Shown: positions 27,039 through 37,450 of the stretch, piece by piece
Position numbering within the stretch: position 1 is the first letter of the stretch
Layout: the number at the start of each line of letters is the position of its first letter
Assembly (NCBI GenBank): GCA_050916045.1
Contig: CP051526.1
Coordinates: 2,016,001 to 2,080,000, forward strand
Direction of reading: 5' to 3'
Length of the DNA: 64,000 nt
Origin: Tepidisphaera sp.
GTDB lineage: Bacteria; Planctomycetota; Phycisphaerae; Phycisphaerales; UBA1924
The notes under the pieces: generated by a model
The model's input: the letters and a program-made list of their open reading frames with translations, nothing else
What the model was told of the DNA's origin: nothing
The model's database searches: none
Translations under genes and position numbers: made by a program

Positions 27039-29069
27039 TTATGTTCCAATATCGCTCGTCTCGGGCCTGACCGGCTGGTGCGGCTTGCCCTCCCACTTCT
27101 CGCCGGGGAATTGCTTGATGCCGTCCTGGCCGGGCGTGCGGCCGGTGCCGCGGGCGCCGGGGAGGGGCGTGCGCTCGGGGATGATGAACGAGGAGTTGGG
27201 GAGCGACTGGCAGTGCTTGAGGGCCGCGTCGGCGGCGTCGAGCATGGTGTCGTCGGCGTTCTCATACATCGAGCGGATGTTCTCGCGGATTTCGACCTCG
27301 GCGAGGTCGAGGAAGTGGATGGCGGCGGCGCGATCGCGGGCGAACTCGAGATCGACGCCGTTGTTGCCGTGCTTGCGGAGGTCCAGGTCGAGTTTGGCGA
27401 GGGTGCAGAGGTAAGCGTGGGCGAGGATGGCGACGTTGGCGACGCGGGCCTGCACGACCTGGCGGTCGAGCAGCTTGACGTCGTACTTCTTGGACATGAT
27501 CTTGAACTGGTAGGTGTGCTCGCGGGTGAGGTTGGAGATGCGGTCGGCGTAGGGCTTGAGATCGCGGTGGAGCTTGGAGAGGACGGGGGCGGAGCGGCGG
27601 ATGCCGAAGAAGACCTCGAGGCCCAGGGGGATGGCGATCTTCATGATCTCGGGGCGGAGGGAGTTCTTCATCGCTTTGGCGATGAAGGCGCCCAGGCCCT
27701 CGTCGGAGTCCTTCATGAGTGCGTTCTTGATGCCGAGCATCTGCTCGGCGAGCTGCTTGCCGCCGTAGCCGAAGATGTAGGACTGCATGACCTCGTTGGC
27801 GCCTTCGACGATGAGGTTGATGCGGGAGTCGCGGAAGACGCGCTCGACCTCGTTCTCGGTCATGTAGCTTTCGCCGCCCATGATCTGCATGCCGTCGTTG
27901 ACGGCACGCCAGCCAAACTCGGAGCAGAAGACCTTGCAGAGCGCGGTTTCGACCTGGATGTCGTCATCCTTGCGGTCGAGCATGCCGGTGGTCATGTAAA
28001 GGACGGCGTCCATGGCGTAGCAGTACGCGGCCATGCGGGCGACGTTGCGGCGGACGAGTTCCTTGTCGGCGAGGGCCGCGCCGAACTGGAAGCGGGTCAT
28101 CGACCACTTGGTGGCTTGGTCGCGGACGCGCTTGGCGCCGCCGACCATGCCGGCCGAGAGGGTGCAGCGGCCGTAGTTGAGGCAGGAGAGAGCGATCTGG
28201 AGGCCGCGGCCTTCCTGGCCGAGCAGGTTGGACTTGGGCACCTTGACGTTGTTGAACTTGATGCGGGCTTGCCAGGTGCCGCGGATGCCGCACTTGCTGC
28301 GGTTCTTCTGGAAGATCTCGATGCCTTCCATCCACGGGTGGCAGACCAGGGCGGTCACCTTTTCGGATTCCTTGCCCGTCTTGGGGTCGGTCATCTTCTG
28401 CTTGGCCATGACGGTGAAGAGGCCGGCGATGCCGCCGGATGTGGCCCACTTCTTCTCGCCGTTGATGATGTAGTACTCGCCGTCGGGGGTCTTCTCGCAG
28501 CGGGTTTCCTGGCCGCCGGCGTCGCAGCCGACGTTGGGCTCGGAGAGGCAGAACGCGGAGACCCAGTCCTTGGCGAGGTGGGGCAGCCAGGCTTTCTTCT
28601 GCTCGGGGTTGCCGAAGAGTTTGACCGCGCCGCAGCCGATGGAAAGGTGGGCGGAGCAGAGGACTGCGGTGGAGCCGCAGGACCAGCCGATGCGTTCAAG
28701 CACGCGGTTGTAGCTCGTCACGCCGAGGCCCAAGCCGCCGTATTCCTTGGGGATGGTGATGCCGAGGACGCCGAGTTCGGCGAGGCGCTTGATGACCTGC
28801 GGGGGGATCTCCTGCTCCTGATCGATCCACACGGAGGGGTGCTCGTTGCGGAGGTATTCGTCAAGGCGGGCGAGGACCTGGTCGCACTCGGCTTGTTCGC
28901 GCGGATCCTGCTGGGGGTAGGGGAAGTAGTAGTCTTCCTTGATCTTGCCCCAGAAGAGGTTCTTGACCGGGCCCATCTTGGCCGGTTCAGCGCCCAGCCA
29001 TTCCTCGGCCTGCTCAAGGAGTTTTTTGTCCGCGTCGGAGATGCCTTTGAGATTTTTCAGGTTGGACAT
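27039..29069 (-). CDS. Acyl-CoA dehydrogenase (long, ACAD9/VLCAD-like)
   Basis: IPKEYGGLG, AFCLSEPNVGCD, NGEKKW, QIMGG, RDSRINLIVEGANE. Confidence 0.93.
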   Translation of the reverse strand: MSNLKNLKGISDADKKLLEQAEEWLGAEPAKMGPVKNLFWGKIKEDYYFPYPQQDPREQAECDQVLARLDEYLRNEHPSVWIDQEQEIPPQVIKRLAELGVLGITIPKEYGGLGLGVTSYNRVLERIGWSCGSTAVLCSAHLSIGCGAVKLFGNPEQKKAWLPHLAKDWVSAFCLSEPNVGCDAGGQETRCEKTPDGEYYIINGEKKWATSGGIAGLFTVMAKQKMTDPKTGKESEKVTALVCHPWMEGIEIFQKNRSKCGIRGTWQARIKFNNVKVPKSNLLGQEGRGLQIALSCLNYGRCTLSAGMVGGAKRVRDQATKWSMTRFQFGAALADKELVRRNVARMAAYCYAMDAVLYMTTGMLDRKDDDIQVETALCKVFCSEFGWRAVNDGMQIMGGESYMTENEVERVFRDSRINLIVEGANEVMQSYIFGYGGKQLAEQMLGIKNALMKDSDEGLGAFIAKAMKNSLRPEIMKIAIPLGLEVFFGIRRSAPVLSKLHRDLKPYADRISNLTREHTYQFKIMSKKYDVKLLDRQVVQARVANVAILAHAYLCTLAKLDLDLRKHGNNGVDLEFARDRAAAIHFLDLAEVEIRENIRSMYENADDTMLDAADAALKHCQSLPNSSFIIPERTPLPGARGTGRTPGQDGIKQFPGEKWEGKPHQPVRPETSDIGT

Positions 29070-29120
29070 GGGTGCCTCGAAAGGGGATGAATCGGGGAGC
29101 GGTTGCGTACTGGTTGCTGA

Positions 29121-30032
29121 TTACTTCTTCGCGAAGAAGGCGGCGATGGACGCTTTTCCGGCGGGGGTTCCGCGAAGACGGACCAACTCTCGTTGTTCGG
29201 TGGCGAGGGCGGCGTTCCAGCCTTTGGCGAGGCCGTCGTCGATCGCGAGTGCGACGGCGGCGGCGGCTTCGGTCTGGGGAAGGGTTTCTCGGACGGATTC
29301 GAGTGCTTCGAGGACCTTGGCGGCGACGGAGGGGCGGCCGATCCAGCGGAGGGGGGTGCCGTCGCGTTCGAGGCGGCCCTTGGCGGCGCGGTCGACGACC
29401 CAGCGGCGGGCGGTGTCGAGGAGGTCGGCGGCGGAGGGGGCGACAGCGTCGAACATCCCGGCGGCTTTGGCGTTGTCGAAGAGGAAGGGCTTGCCCTCGG
29501 CGGTCATGAGGATGGCCTGAGCGGGGTCGATCCGGGCGGGGAGGAGGTTGGTGCCGCCCCAGCCGGGGCAGATGTTGAGGCCGGCTTCGGGGAGGCCGAC
29601 GGGGTAGGGCTTGAGGCCGGGAGCGGCGACGAGGCCGTCGCAGTGCATGGCGAGTTCGAGGCCGCCGCCAAGGACCGCGCCGTTGATGGCGGCGACGGTC
29701 GGGAAGGGGAGGGCCGGGAGAAGAGCGAAGACGCTTGCGGCGTACGCGAGGTAGCGGTGCAGGTCGGCGTCGGAAGCGTCCTGGATGGTCTTGAGGTCGG
29801 CTCCGGCGACGAAGACGCGTTCGCTTGCGGACGCGAGGACCAAGCCGCGGGAATCCCGGGGGACTTGCTTGAGCGTGAGTTCGAGGCGGCGGATGAGGGT
29901 TTCGTCAAGAACGACGACGGGTTTGCCGGGTTGTTCGAGGGTGACGGTCACGACACCGGCGAAGGGGCCCGAGGCTTCTCTGGAGAGGGGAAGCGGGGCG
30001 AGGGAAGGGGCTTGGTCGGCGTGGATCGTCAT
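29121..30032 (-). CDS. Enoyl-CoA hydratase/isomerase family protein
   Basis: FVAGADL, AAINGAVLGGGLELA, GLPE..PGWGG. Confidence 0.9.
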   Translation of the reverse strand: MTIHADQAPSLAPLPLSREASGPFAGVVTVTLEQPGKPVVVLDETLIRRLELTLKQVPRDSRGLVLASASERVFVAGADLKTIQDASDADLHRYLAYAASVFALLPALPFPTVAAINGAVLGGGLELAMHCDGLVAAPGLKPYPVGLPEAGLNICPGWGGTNLLPARIDPAQAILMTAEGKPFLFDNAKAAGMFDAVAPSAADLLDTARRWVVDRAAKGRLERDGTPLRWIGRPSVAAKVLEALESVRETLPQTEAAAAVALAIDDGLAKGWNAALATEQRELVRLRGTPAGKASIAAFFAKK

Positions 30033-30236
30033 GACTGGAACAGTTTACGCCGCATTCAGGAAGCGTTCCCATCGACGATCAACGAATGCAGGATGGTGGG
30101 GTCGGCGGTACACTCGGGCCTCGTCCGGGCGCTGACTGAGCATGGAAGCCCATGCTTGTTTGCCCCGCGATTTTCGGGGGTTCTCTTGTACGGCATTCCA
30201 AACTTCACGGACCGGGACCACGATTTCAACGCATGG

Positions 30237-31622
30237 ATGCGGCGGCTGACGCCGGTGCTGACCGTGGTGCTTCTCGGACTTGTCATCCTGATGCAGCAGT
30301 TTCTTCGGTCGATCACGGACCCGACGCTCGCGGAGCCGCCGGAGGAGGTTCGGATCAGCGAAGAGGTGAACGAACCGGGCATCGAGGGGCTGGTGCTCAA
30401 CGCGAAGATCGCGGTGAAGATCAAAGCGGCGCGGCTTGAGACCGACGTTCGGTGGACGGACATGGTCGGCCAGCTTGACACGATGGCGGCGACGCGGACG
30501 GACCGGCTCCGAACGGCGGTGGTCGCGGGGGAGCTTTTGGGGAAGGATGCGGCGCTCGAACGGCTGAAGCGACTCAAAGCGGAGGTCACGAGCGGATCGG
30601 ACCTTGCCGCGGATGCGGACTGGCTTACGCGGCTTTACACCAAGGGGCGGGATGCGTTGCCGGAGGATGCGGTGAAGTCGCTCGTGGACCGCCACGGGTG
30701 GTTCGGCCACTTGGCGGCGGCGTACGACCAGCCGCCGGGCGAGTATCACCGGACGACGTCGACGTCGGGGTTCGCGGATATCGCGGCGTACTCGCTGACT
30801 TCGCTGCTGACATCATTGGCGATGTTCATGGCGGCGATCGCGGCGCTGGTCTCGATCGCCAAGCGGTGGAACAACCGGGAGTTTGACAGCCAGTTCACGC
30901 AGTCGGCGTTGCCGCCGGGGATCTATCTCGAGACGTTCGGGGTGGAGCAGCTGCTGTTTCTGTTCCTGCTCATCATGCAGGTGATGACGCTCTGGCTGAC
31001 GGGGACGGCGTCGGTGGTGGCTCTAGCGTTCAACGAGATGCTGCTCTGGCTGACGCCGCTCTGCTTTCTGTGGCCGGCGATGCGCGGGGTGAAGTGGATC
31101 CTCGTGGCGGATGATCTGGGCCTTCACATGGGCGAGGGGTTCGCGAAGGAAGCCAGGATGGGGGTCGTGGCGTACCTGGCGACGATCCCGGTCTATTTCG
31201 CGCTCAACGTGATCTTCGGGATCGTGGAAGCGTCGATGGGGCTGGAGGAAGCGACGGACGAGATCCCGGGGTTCCCATCGTTTCAGCCGCCGCTGTCGGG
31301 GAGCTGGATCCCGGTCATCCTGGGGGCGCTGGGGGCGGTGGTCTTCGCTCCGATCGTGGAAGAGATCCTGTTCCGCGGGGCGCTGTACCGGTATCTGCGT
31401 TCGAAGCGGGGGGTTGTGGTCTCGGTCATCGTGTCGTCGCTCGCGTTCGGGTTCATCCACCCCTACGACCTCACGGGGCTGATCCAGGTGTCGGTGATGG
31501 GAGCGTGCCTGGCGCTGATGCGGGAATGGCGCGGCTCGCTGATTGCGCCGATCGTGGCGCACGCGCTGCACAACGGGCATCTGACGCTGTTTGAGATCTG
31601 GGGCATCGCGGCGGCAAGCTGA
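30237..31622 (+). CDS. CPBP (Abi/CAAX) family intramembrane metalloprotease with periplasmic N-terminal domain
   Basis: APIVEEILFRG, FGFIH, AHALHN; start uncertain (could be 30186). Confidence 0.88.
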   Translation: MRRLTPVLTVVLLGLVILMQQFLRSITDPTLAEPPEEVRISEEVNEPGIEGLVLNAKIAVKIKAARLETDVRWTDMVGQLDTMAATRTDRLRTAVVAGELLGKDAALERLKRLKAEVTSGSDLAADADWLTRLYTKGRDALPEDAVKSLVDRHGWFGHLAAAYDQPPGEYHRTTSTSGFADIAAYSLTSLLTSLAMFMAAIAALVSIAKRWNNREFDSQFTQSALPPGIYLETFGVEQLLFLFLLIMQVMTLWLTGTASVVALAFNEMLLWLTPLCFLWPAMRGVKWILVADDLGLHMGEGFAKEARMGVVAYLATIPVYFALNVIFGIVEASMGLEEATDEIPGFPSFQPPLSGSWIPVILGALGAVVFAPIVEEILFRGALYRYLRSKRGVVVSVIVSSLAFGFIHPYDLTGLIQVSVMGACLALMREWRGSLIAPIVAHALHNGHLTLFEIWGIAAAS

Positions 31623-31631
31623 GAGGGACTC

Positions 31632-32837
31632 ATGAGACTGTGCCTCTTCACGGACACGCTTGGGGACATCAACGGGGTGTCGCGGTTCATCCGCAACGCG
31701 GGGGACGCGGGGGCTGCGCTGGGCAAGCCGCTCACGGTGATCACCTCGACGCGGATGCGGATTCCGGAGGCCCCCCACTTCGTGAACGTGCCTCCGGTCG
31801 CGGCGATGCGGATGCCCCGGTACGAACACCTCGAGGTCGTGTGGCCGAGGCCGCTTGCGATGCTCCGCGTCGCCCGGCAAGCCGGGCCGGACGCGATCCA
31901 TGTGTCGACGCCCGGGCCGGTGGGGCTGACGGGGCGGTGGGTCGCGAGGAAGCTCGGCGTGCCGCTGCTTGGGACGTACCACACGGACTTCCCGGCGTAC
32001 GTGGAGCAGCTCTTTGACGATGCGGTGATGGGGCGACTCACGGCGGACGTGATGGCGTGGTTCTACCGGCCGTTCCGGCGGGTCTTTGCGAGAAGCCCCG
32101 AAGCGATGCGGGGGATGGAAGCCGCGGGGCTTGACCCGGCCCGGTTCGTGACGCTCCGCGCGGGGATGGACACGGACGCGTTCCACCCTCGGTTCCGCGA
32201 TGCGTTGATCTGGGAGCGGCTGGGGGGTGGGGGCGGGGGCGGGGAAGTGGGCGGCGGACGAGGGCTTGTCCGGGTGCTGTCGTGCGGGCGGGTGTCGGTT
32301 GAGAAGAACCTTCCGCTTCTGACGCGGGCGTGGGCCTTGGCGGCGGAACGGCTGGCGCAGGCGGGGGTTGCGGCGCAGCTTGTGGTCGTCGGCGACGGGC
32401 CATACCTCGCCGAGATGAAGCGGGCGCTGGGCAGCGGACGGGCGGGGCCTTCTCCGCTGTTCCTGGGGTTCCGGCACGGAGCGGAGCTTTCGGCGATCTA
32501 CGCGTCGGCGGACTTCTTCGTCTTCCCGAGCATGACGGACACGCTGGGTCAGGCGGTCATGGAAGCCCAGGCGTCGGGGCTTGCCGCGCTCGTGAGCGAC
32601 CAGGGGGGGCCCAAGGGGGTGATCGCTCCGGGGCTGACCGGCCGGGTGATCCCGGGGACGGACGTTGAGGCGTGGGCCCGGGGGATCGTCGAGCTTGCGG
32701 CGGATGCGGAGGGGCGGGCGCGGCTCGGAGCGGCGGCGCACGAGCGGATGCAGGACTTTTCCTTCCGCCGGAGCTTCGAGCACTTCTGGGAGGTGCACGA
32801 GCGGGCGGTGCGGGACTCGTTACACTCGGGGGCATGA
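31632..32837 (+). CDS. Glycosyltransferase family 4
   Basis: DTLGDINGV, YHTDF, GRVSVEKN, FVFPSMTDTLGQAVMEAQASG. Confidence 0.93.
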   Translation: MRLCLFTDTLGDINGVSRFIRNAGDAGAALGKPLTVITSTRMRIPEAPHFVNVPPVAAMRMPRYEHLEVVWPRPLAMLRVARQAGPDAIHVSTPGPVGLTGRWVARKLGVPLLGTYHTDFPAYVEQLFDDAVMGRLTADVMAWFYRPFRRVFARSPEAMRGMEAAGLDPARFVTLRAGMDTDAFHPRFRDALIWERLGGGGGGGEVGGGRGLVRVLSCGRVSVEKNLPLLTRAWALAAERLAQAGVAAQLVVVGDGPYLAEMKRALGSGRAGPSPLFLGFRHGAELSAIYASADFFVFPSMTDTLGQAVMEAQASGLAALVSDQGGPKGVIAPGLTGRVIPGTDVEAWARGIVELAADAEGRARLGAAAHERMQDFSFRRSFEHFWEVHERAVRDSLHSGA

Positions 32838-33475
32838 CACCGCTTGGACGAATGCCGCAGCTTCGGAACTGGCTTGTCCCCGGGCTGCTGATGCTGGGGC
32901 TGGCGGCGGCGATGATGCTGACCATGCGGCTTCAGGGGAGGCTCTGGATCTCCAAATCCGGGGCGATTGAGCTCTGGCACACGGACGTCTGGTCGAGCGA
33001 GTGCTCGCAGCAGTTCACGGACCCCTACTCGATCACGCACGTCTCGCACGGCCTGCTCTTTGCCTTCTTCTTCTGGTGGATGTGCCGGATCGGCAAGCGG
33101 CGGGAGCGGGCGTGGCTTTGCGATGTGCGGTGGCACTTTGTCCTGACGGTCTTCGCGGCGGCGGTGTGGGAGGGCGTCGAGAACACCGAGTTCGTCATCG
33201 ACCGCTACCGGAGCGTCACGATGTCCTTTGAGTACAAAGGGGACACGATCCTCAACTCAACGGGGGACATGATCTCGTGCGCGGCGGGTTTCTTCATCGC
33301 CCGCCGGATCGGGTGGAAGTGGACGCTGGCCCTCTTTGCGCTTTCAGAGGTCACGCTCCTCTTCATCATGCGTGACAACCTGACCCTCAACGTCATCATG
33401 CTCATCAGCCCGATCGACGCGATCAAGCAGTGGCAGATGCAGGGTCACCTCCCGCCGCCGCTCCCGCCCGTCTGA
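32834..33475 (+). CDS. DUF2585-like membrane protein
   Basis: SSECSQQFTDPYSITHVSHG, WEGVENT, GDTILNS, RDNLTLNVIML. Confidence 0.85.
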   Translation: MTPLGRMPQLRNWLVPGLLMLGLAAAMMLTMRLQGRLWISKSGAIELWHTDVWSSECSQQFTDPYSITHVSHGLLFAFFFWWMCRIGKRRERAWLCDVRWHFVLTVFAAAVWEGVENTEFVIDRYRSVTMSFEYKGDTILNSTGDMISCAAGFFIARRIGWKWTLALFALSEVTLLFIMRDNLTLNVIMLISPIDAIKQWQMQGHLPPPLPPV

Positions 33476-33990
33476 CCAGCACCCATCCCCGCCTGAACGC
33501 CCTTCCCCGCGGCCCCGACGCGGCAAACGCTCACGAGGCCCTTCATGTAGGCCTGGAAGTCGTCGTGGAGGAACTTCATCCTGGGGCTGTCGAACATCTT
33601 GTGGAAGGTCTCTTCCTCCGCGACCTGCTTCATGCGGCGTTCCCAGCTGAGGAAGTACTCCTCGGGGATCTGTTCCTGCTTGTAGCTGAACCAGACGATC
33701 TCGAAGATCGAGAGCTGCATCAGATTGAAGAAGTAAAAGCGGATGTCCTCGTCGGTCGCGCCCGTCTCGACGTCGTGCTTGTAGACGTGGGCGAGGCGGG
33801 GGTCGCTGACGCGCATCTCGCGGAGGTGCATCTGCAGCTCGACGAGCTTGGTGAAGTTGGCGACGTGGGCGACGCGTCGCCAGTGGCGGAACTGCAGGCC
33901 GGTGAAGATGAGGCCCGAGGCGATGGCCATCGAGGAGATGAACTGGAGGAGGACGGGGAGCCAGGCGGGCGGGTTGTCCGGGAGGTTCAT
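33445..33990 (-). CDS. Hypothetical protein with N-terminal TM helix
   Basis: Good codon usage, TACCCT 8 nt before ATG. Confidence 0.75.
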   Translation of the reverse strand: MNLPDNPPAWLPVLLQFISSMAIASGLIFTGLQFRHWRRVAHVANFTKLVELQMHLREMRVSDPRLAHVYKHDVETGATDEDIRFYFFNLMQLSIFEIVWFSYKQEQIPEEYFLSWERRMKQVAEEETFHKMFDSPRMKFLHDDFQAYMKGLVSVCRVGAAGKGVQAGMGAGQTGGSGGGR

Positions 33991-34080
33991 GGCGGGTGAG
34001 GGTAGCGGGAGGGGGTGAGGGGCCGGGGGAAGGGTGGGGGCAGGGAGCGGATGGGCGGGATGCGGGGTTTTCGGACGAGC

Positions 34081-34332
34081 GGGCGCTCGGTCCCCGCCCG
34101 CGGGCGCTCCTTCCGCGGCCGCGGGCGCTCCGTCCGTGCCAGCGGAAGCTCCTTCCGTGCCAGCGGAAGCTCCTTCCGTGGCCACGGAAGCTCTGTTCGT
34201 GCCCGCCAAAGCTCCGTTGACGGCCACCAAAGCTCCCTTGGTGCCCGTCAAAGCTCCCTTGACGGCCATCAAGGCTCTCTTGGTGCCCGTCAAAGCTCCG
34301 TTGACGGGCACCAACGCTCCCTTGACGGCCAT
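34081..34332. repeat. Degenerate tandem array of 12 x 21 bp
   Basis: Units such as ggaagctccttccgtgccagc and caaagctcccttgacggccat at an exact 21-bp period. Confidence 0.9.
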
Positions 34333-34408
34333 CAAGACGCCCCCGGCGGCCCCCTTTCCCCAACACCCCCCCACCGTTCCTCCCCCCCGCCTGATACCCT
34401 GCCCTCCC

Positions 34409-37252
34409 ATGGCCGGAGACCCCACGTCCCCCAAAGGCAACCCCCGCGACACCCCCGCGATGCAGCAGTACTACCGGTTCAAGCGCGAGCACCCGGGGTG
34501 CCTCCTCTTGCTCCGGATCGGGGACTTTTACGAGGCGTTCGATGAGGATGCGGTGCTCCTCTCCAAGGCCCTGGGCCTGACCCTCACCAAGCGGACCGAG
34601 GGGCTCCCCATGGCGGGGATGCCCCACCACCAGCTTGAGGTCTACCTCAAGCGGCTGATCGCCCAGGGGATCAAGGTCGCCGTCGGCGATCAGGTCGAGG
34701 AGGCGTCGCAGGCCAAGGGGCTCATCCGCCGCGAGGTGACGCGCGTCGCGACCCCCGGCACGATCGTCGAGGAGACGCTCGTCGAGGAGGATGCGAGCGT
34801 CACGGTCGCGGCGGTCGCGTTTCTCGGGGCGGGCGAGGAGTCGGCGGCGGCGATGGCGGTCGTCGAGGCTTCGACCGGCGACTTCCTCGTGATGGAGATG
34901 CCCGCGGAGGGCGTGATCGATGAACTGGCGCGGCGGCGCGTCCGCGAGGTTCTGTTTGCCCCCGAAGCCGACGGCGTGACCGCTCCGCCCCGGGTGAAGC
35001 GGGTGCTCGAGGCCCTCGGCGTCCCCGGGACGCCCCGGCCGACCTGGCACTTTCGCACGGAGGAAGCCCGCGAAGCGGTGCACAACCACTTTGGCGTGAC
35101 GACGGTCTCGGGGTTTGGCCTGAGCGATGCGGACGCGGTGATCGTGCCCGCGGGCGTCGTGCTTCGGTACCTCCGCGAGACGCAGACGCCCGGGCAGGAT
35201 GAGCGGAACCCCGGGGCGGTTCGCGGGGCTCTCGCGCCCCGAGCGACGCTCGCCCACCTGCGGCCCCCGAGGCGCGAGGATGCGAGCGGGGCGTGCCAGA
35301 TCGACGCGGTGAGCCTGAGGGCCCTTGAGGTGGAGCGCGTCCTGAGGCAGGGGATGGGCGGGGGCGTGGGGCCGGGGGGCGTTGGAGTGGATCGCTCGCT
35401 CGTGGGGGTCTTTCTCGGGACCGGCAGGGCGTGCGTTTGCAAGACCGCGATGGGCAAGCGGCTGCTGCGGGATTGGCTCTGCCGCCCGCTCGCGGACCTG
35501 AAGGCGATTGAGGCGCGGCAGGCGGCGGTGAGCTTGTTCGTGTCGGACCGGCGCGTGGCGGAGGAGCTTGCGGACGGGCTTGAAGGGGTGCAGGACGTCG
35601 CGCGGATCGCGGGAAGGCTGGCGCTGGACCGGGCGACGCCGAGGGATCTTGTCGCGCTGGGGGAATCGATCGGCCGCGCGGGACGGATCGCGGCCCCCAT
35701 CGCCGAGGCGCCGGCCGTCGCGGTGCTCCGGGCGGAGATCGAGAGACTGGCGAGCGTGCTTGATCCCCTGGCGAAGGAGATCGCGGCGGCGTGCGTCGAG
35801 GCTCCGCCGGCTCATCTTCGGGACGGCGGGCTGATCAGGGACGGGGTGGACGCCCAGCTCGACGAAGCGAGGCTGCTTCAGAAGGACGCGGGAACGTGGC
35901 TCGCCGCGTATCAGGAGCGGCTGGCGAACGAGCTTGCGCTCCCGGGAATCAAGGTCGGGTACAACCGCGTCTTCGGGTACTACATCGAGCTGACGGCGGC
36001 GCAGTCTCGGAACGCGGCGGAGGCGGCGGCCAGGCTGGAACGCAAGCAGTCGCTCAAGAACGCCGAGCGGTTCACGACGCCGGAATTGCGTGAGTTTGAG
36101 CGGAAGGTGACGACCGCGGAGAGCCGGGCTCTGGACCGCGAGCGACAGCTCTTCGCCAAGCTCTGCGACCGCAGCCGCGAGAAACTCGGGGAGATGCAGC
36201 GGTACGCGAGGACCGTGGCGGAGCTTGACGTTCTGCTCGGGTTTGCGATGAGGGCGGCGGCGAGAGGATGGGTGAAGCCCGAGATGGTGGCCGAGCCGGT
36301 GCTCGAGATCGAGCAGGGGAGGCACCCCGTGCTCGAAGAGATCCTGGGCAACGACTTTGTGCCAAACGACGTGACGCTGGACACGGCGGGGGTTCCCGCG
36401 GGCGTCGCCGGGCGGATCCGCCCGGGCGGGGAAGCGGACAAGCCGGGGACGCTCGGGCTTATCACCGGGCCGAACATGGCGGGCAAGAGCACGTTCATCC
36501 GGCAGGTGGCGCTGATCGTGCTGCTCGCACACGCGGGGTCCTTCGTGCCGGCGAACCGCGCGACGATCGGGGTGACGGACCGGATCTTCACGCGGATCGG
36601 GGCGGATGATGCGCTGCACGCGGGGCAGTCGACGTTCATGGTCGAGATGACCGAGACGGCGAACATCCTGAACAACGCGACCTCGCGGTCGCTGGTGGTG
36701 CTGGACGAGATCGGGCGCGGGACGAGCACGCTGGACGGGCTGAGCCTCGCGTGGGCGATCGCGGAGTTCCTCGCGGAGACAGGCCCGAGGACGCTTTTCG
36801 CGACGCACTACCACGAGCTGACGGACCTTGAGAGCCGGATGCCGGGGAAGGTGAAGAACCTGCACGTGGCGGTGCGGGAGTGGACGACGCCCGAGGGTGC
36901 GCACGAGATCGTCTTCCTGCACCGGATCCTGCCGGGGCGGACGGACCAGTCGTACGGCGTGCACGTCGCACGGCTGGCGGGGATTCCCGCGGCGGTGATC
37001 GGCCGGGCGCGGGAGGTGCTGGAGTCCCTCGCGGTTCAGCACGGGCCTCTGACGGGGCCGGCGACGCCCCCCCACTCTCAGGCCAACGCACGGCCGGAGC
37101 CCGCGCCGGCGGACGGGCAGATGATGCTCTTCACGCAGTACCTGCCGCATCCCGCGCTGGACCGGTTGCGCGAGATCAAGATGGACACGCTGAGTCCGAT
37201 GCAGGCGTTCGAGGTGCTTCGGGAGCTTCGCGAGAGGTCGCTGAAGCCCTAG
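34409..37252 (+). CDS. mutS: DNA mismatch repair protein MutS
   Basis: TPAMQQY, GDFYE, TGPNMAGKST, STFMVEM, DEIGRGTS, FATHYHEL, SYGVHVA. Confidence 0.97.
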   Translation: MAGDPTSPKGNPRDTPAMQQYYRFKREHPGCLLLLRIGDFYEAFDEDAVLLSKALGLTLTKRTEGLPMAGMPHHQLEVYLKRLIAQGIKVAVGDQVEEASQAKGLIRREVTRVATPGTIVEETLVEEDASVTVAAVAFLGAGEESAAAMAVVEASTGDFLVMEMPAEGVIDELARRRVREVLFAPEADGVTAPPRVKRVLEALGVPGTPRPTWHFRTEEAREAVHNHFGVTTVSGFGLSDADAVIVPAGVVLRYLRETQTPGQDERNPGAVRGALAPRATLAHLRPPRREDASGACQIDAVSLRALEVERVLRQGMGGGVGPGGVGVDRSLVGVFLGTGRACVCKTAMGKRLLRDWLCRPLADLKAIEARQAAVSLFVSDRRVAEELADGLEGVQDVARIAGRLALDRATPRDLVALGESIGRAGRIAAPIAEAPAVAVLRAEIERLASVLDPLAKEIAAACVEAPPAHLRDGGLIRDGVDAQLDEARLLQKDAGTWLAAYQERLANELALPGIKVGYNRVFGYYIELTAAQSRNAAEAAARLERKQSLKNAERFTTPELREFERKVTTAESRALDRERQLFAKLCDRSREKLGEMQRYARTVAELDVLLGFAMRAAARGWVKPEMVAEPVLEIEQGRHPVLEEILGNDFVPNDVTLDTAGVPAGVAGRIRPGGEADKPGTLGLITGPNMAGKSTFIRQVALIVLLAHAGSFVPANRATIGVTDRIFTRIGADDALHAGQSTFMVEMTETANILNNATSRSLVVLDEIGRGTSTLDGLSLAWAIAEFLAETGPRTLFATHYHELTDLESRMPGKVKNLHVAVREWTTPEGAHEIVFLHRILPGRTDQSYGVHVARLAGIPAAVIGRAREVLESLAVQHGPLTGPATPPHSQANARPEPAPADGQMMLFTQYLPHPALDRLREIKMDTLSPMQAFEVLRELRERSLKP

Positions 37253-37450
37253 GCGTGCTCTGATAACCGAAGGAACGGGCGAAACGGACGGAGTTGGTCC
37301 GGAGAACGGCGGCACGCCCCGGGCGGGCGTCACCGTCGGCCGGGGCATGGCCGCTGGTGGCGTGTGGCGGTGGCGTGGAGCGTGATCATGCCGCATGGTG
37401 TGTGGACCGGAGCACGGATGCTCTGGACCAACTCAGAAAGGGCTCACATC

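Noticed and set aside
34081..34332. CRISPR array
   Set aside because: Contiguous 21-bp degenerate units with no unique spacers; no cas genes in the window.
34034..34408. N-terminal repeat extension of MutS
   Set aside because: MutS motifs begin just after ATG 34409, which has its own TACCCT -10; the open frame results from the 21-bp periodicity.
37371..37386. Sigma54 promoter for the PEP-CTERM gene
   Set aside because: TGGC is present but the -12 TGC element is absent.
33344..37396. 1350-aa minus-strand ORF (and similar long ORFs at 3875-5848, 27021-29090, 42808-45021)
   Set aside because: Antisense shadows of well-supported genes, expected at high GC; no domain motifs.
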